Shown: positions 63,875-64,000 of the stretch, piece by piece
How the letters are laid out: the number at the start of each line of letters is the position of its first letter
Position numbering within the stretch: the stretch's first letter is position 1
NCBI GenBank assembly: GCA_964199315.1
Contig: OZ116706.1
Coordinates: forward strand, 9,300,001 to 9,364,000
Source: Orbicella franksi
Lineage: Eukaryota
DNA length: 64,000 bases
Direction: 5' to 3'
Notes under the pieces: model-generated
The model's database searches: none
What the model saw: only the letters and a program-made list of their open reading frames with translations
What the model was told of the DNA's origin: nothing
Translations under genes and position numbers: made by a program

Positions 63875-64000
63875 ATATCATATTAGAGGCACATTGTGGC
63901 TCTTCTATACCACAGCATCGTCGTACACGCACTGCCTTTAATCGTCACCAGCTAAAAGTTCTTGAAAATACCTTTTCCAGAACCCATTATCCGGATACAG
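63875..64000 (+). CDS. DMBX: Dmbx-like gene G5, exon 2 (truncated by the window end)
   Basis: Acceptor gtttcag|, reads [42 protein letters not shown]. Not in the ORF track. Confidence 0.92.

Noticed and set aside
1-64000. CRISPR arrays, operons, rRNA or intact tRNA genes
   Set aside because: The sequence is eukaryotic and intron-rich; no regularly spaced repeat-spacer array or closed cloverleaf was seen.

Overview
Animal (not prokaryotic) genomic DNA, AT-rich and intron-containing. Gene content and repeat style point to an anthozoan cnidarian, probably a stony coral (inference). The window holds a head-to-tail (+ strand) tandem array of five Dmbx-like PRD-class homeobox genes: G1 3169-9101, G2 13423-20128, G3 26396-29314, G4 52355-54696 and G5 from 60500 running off the end. 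All share one architecture: exon 1 has an eh1-like F-x-I-x-x-I-L motif and ALxLAxxLA, followed by a phase-1 intron; exon 2 runs from D(I/V)IL to RIQ, followed by a phase-0 intron; exon 3 starts VWFKNRR (K50). Less obvious structure: (a) a LINE-split duplicate of the G3 promoter with a vestigial exon-1 start inside G2 intron 1, so G2 may be a chimera with a possible eh1-less isoform; (b) a probable gene-conversion tract between the G2 and G3 homeoboxes; (c) a 2338-bp DNA transposon with 31-bp TIRs, a 5-bp TSD and a decayed spliced gene starting with the H-x7-C-R-x-C-G zinc-finger signature of RAG1 N-terminal/Chapaev proteins; (d) two head-to-head fold-back insertions carrying hammerhead-ribozyme motifs (Penelope-like), one a perfect 235-bp palindrome; (e) a GC-AG intron in G4. 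All alignments were done by eye and no database searches were run.
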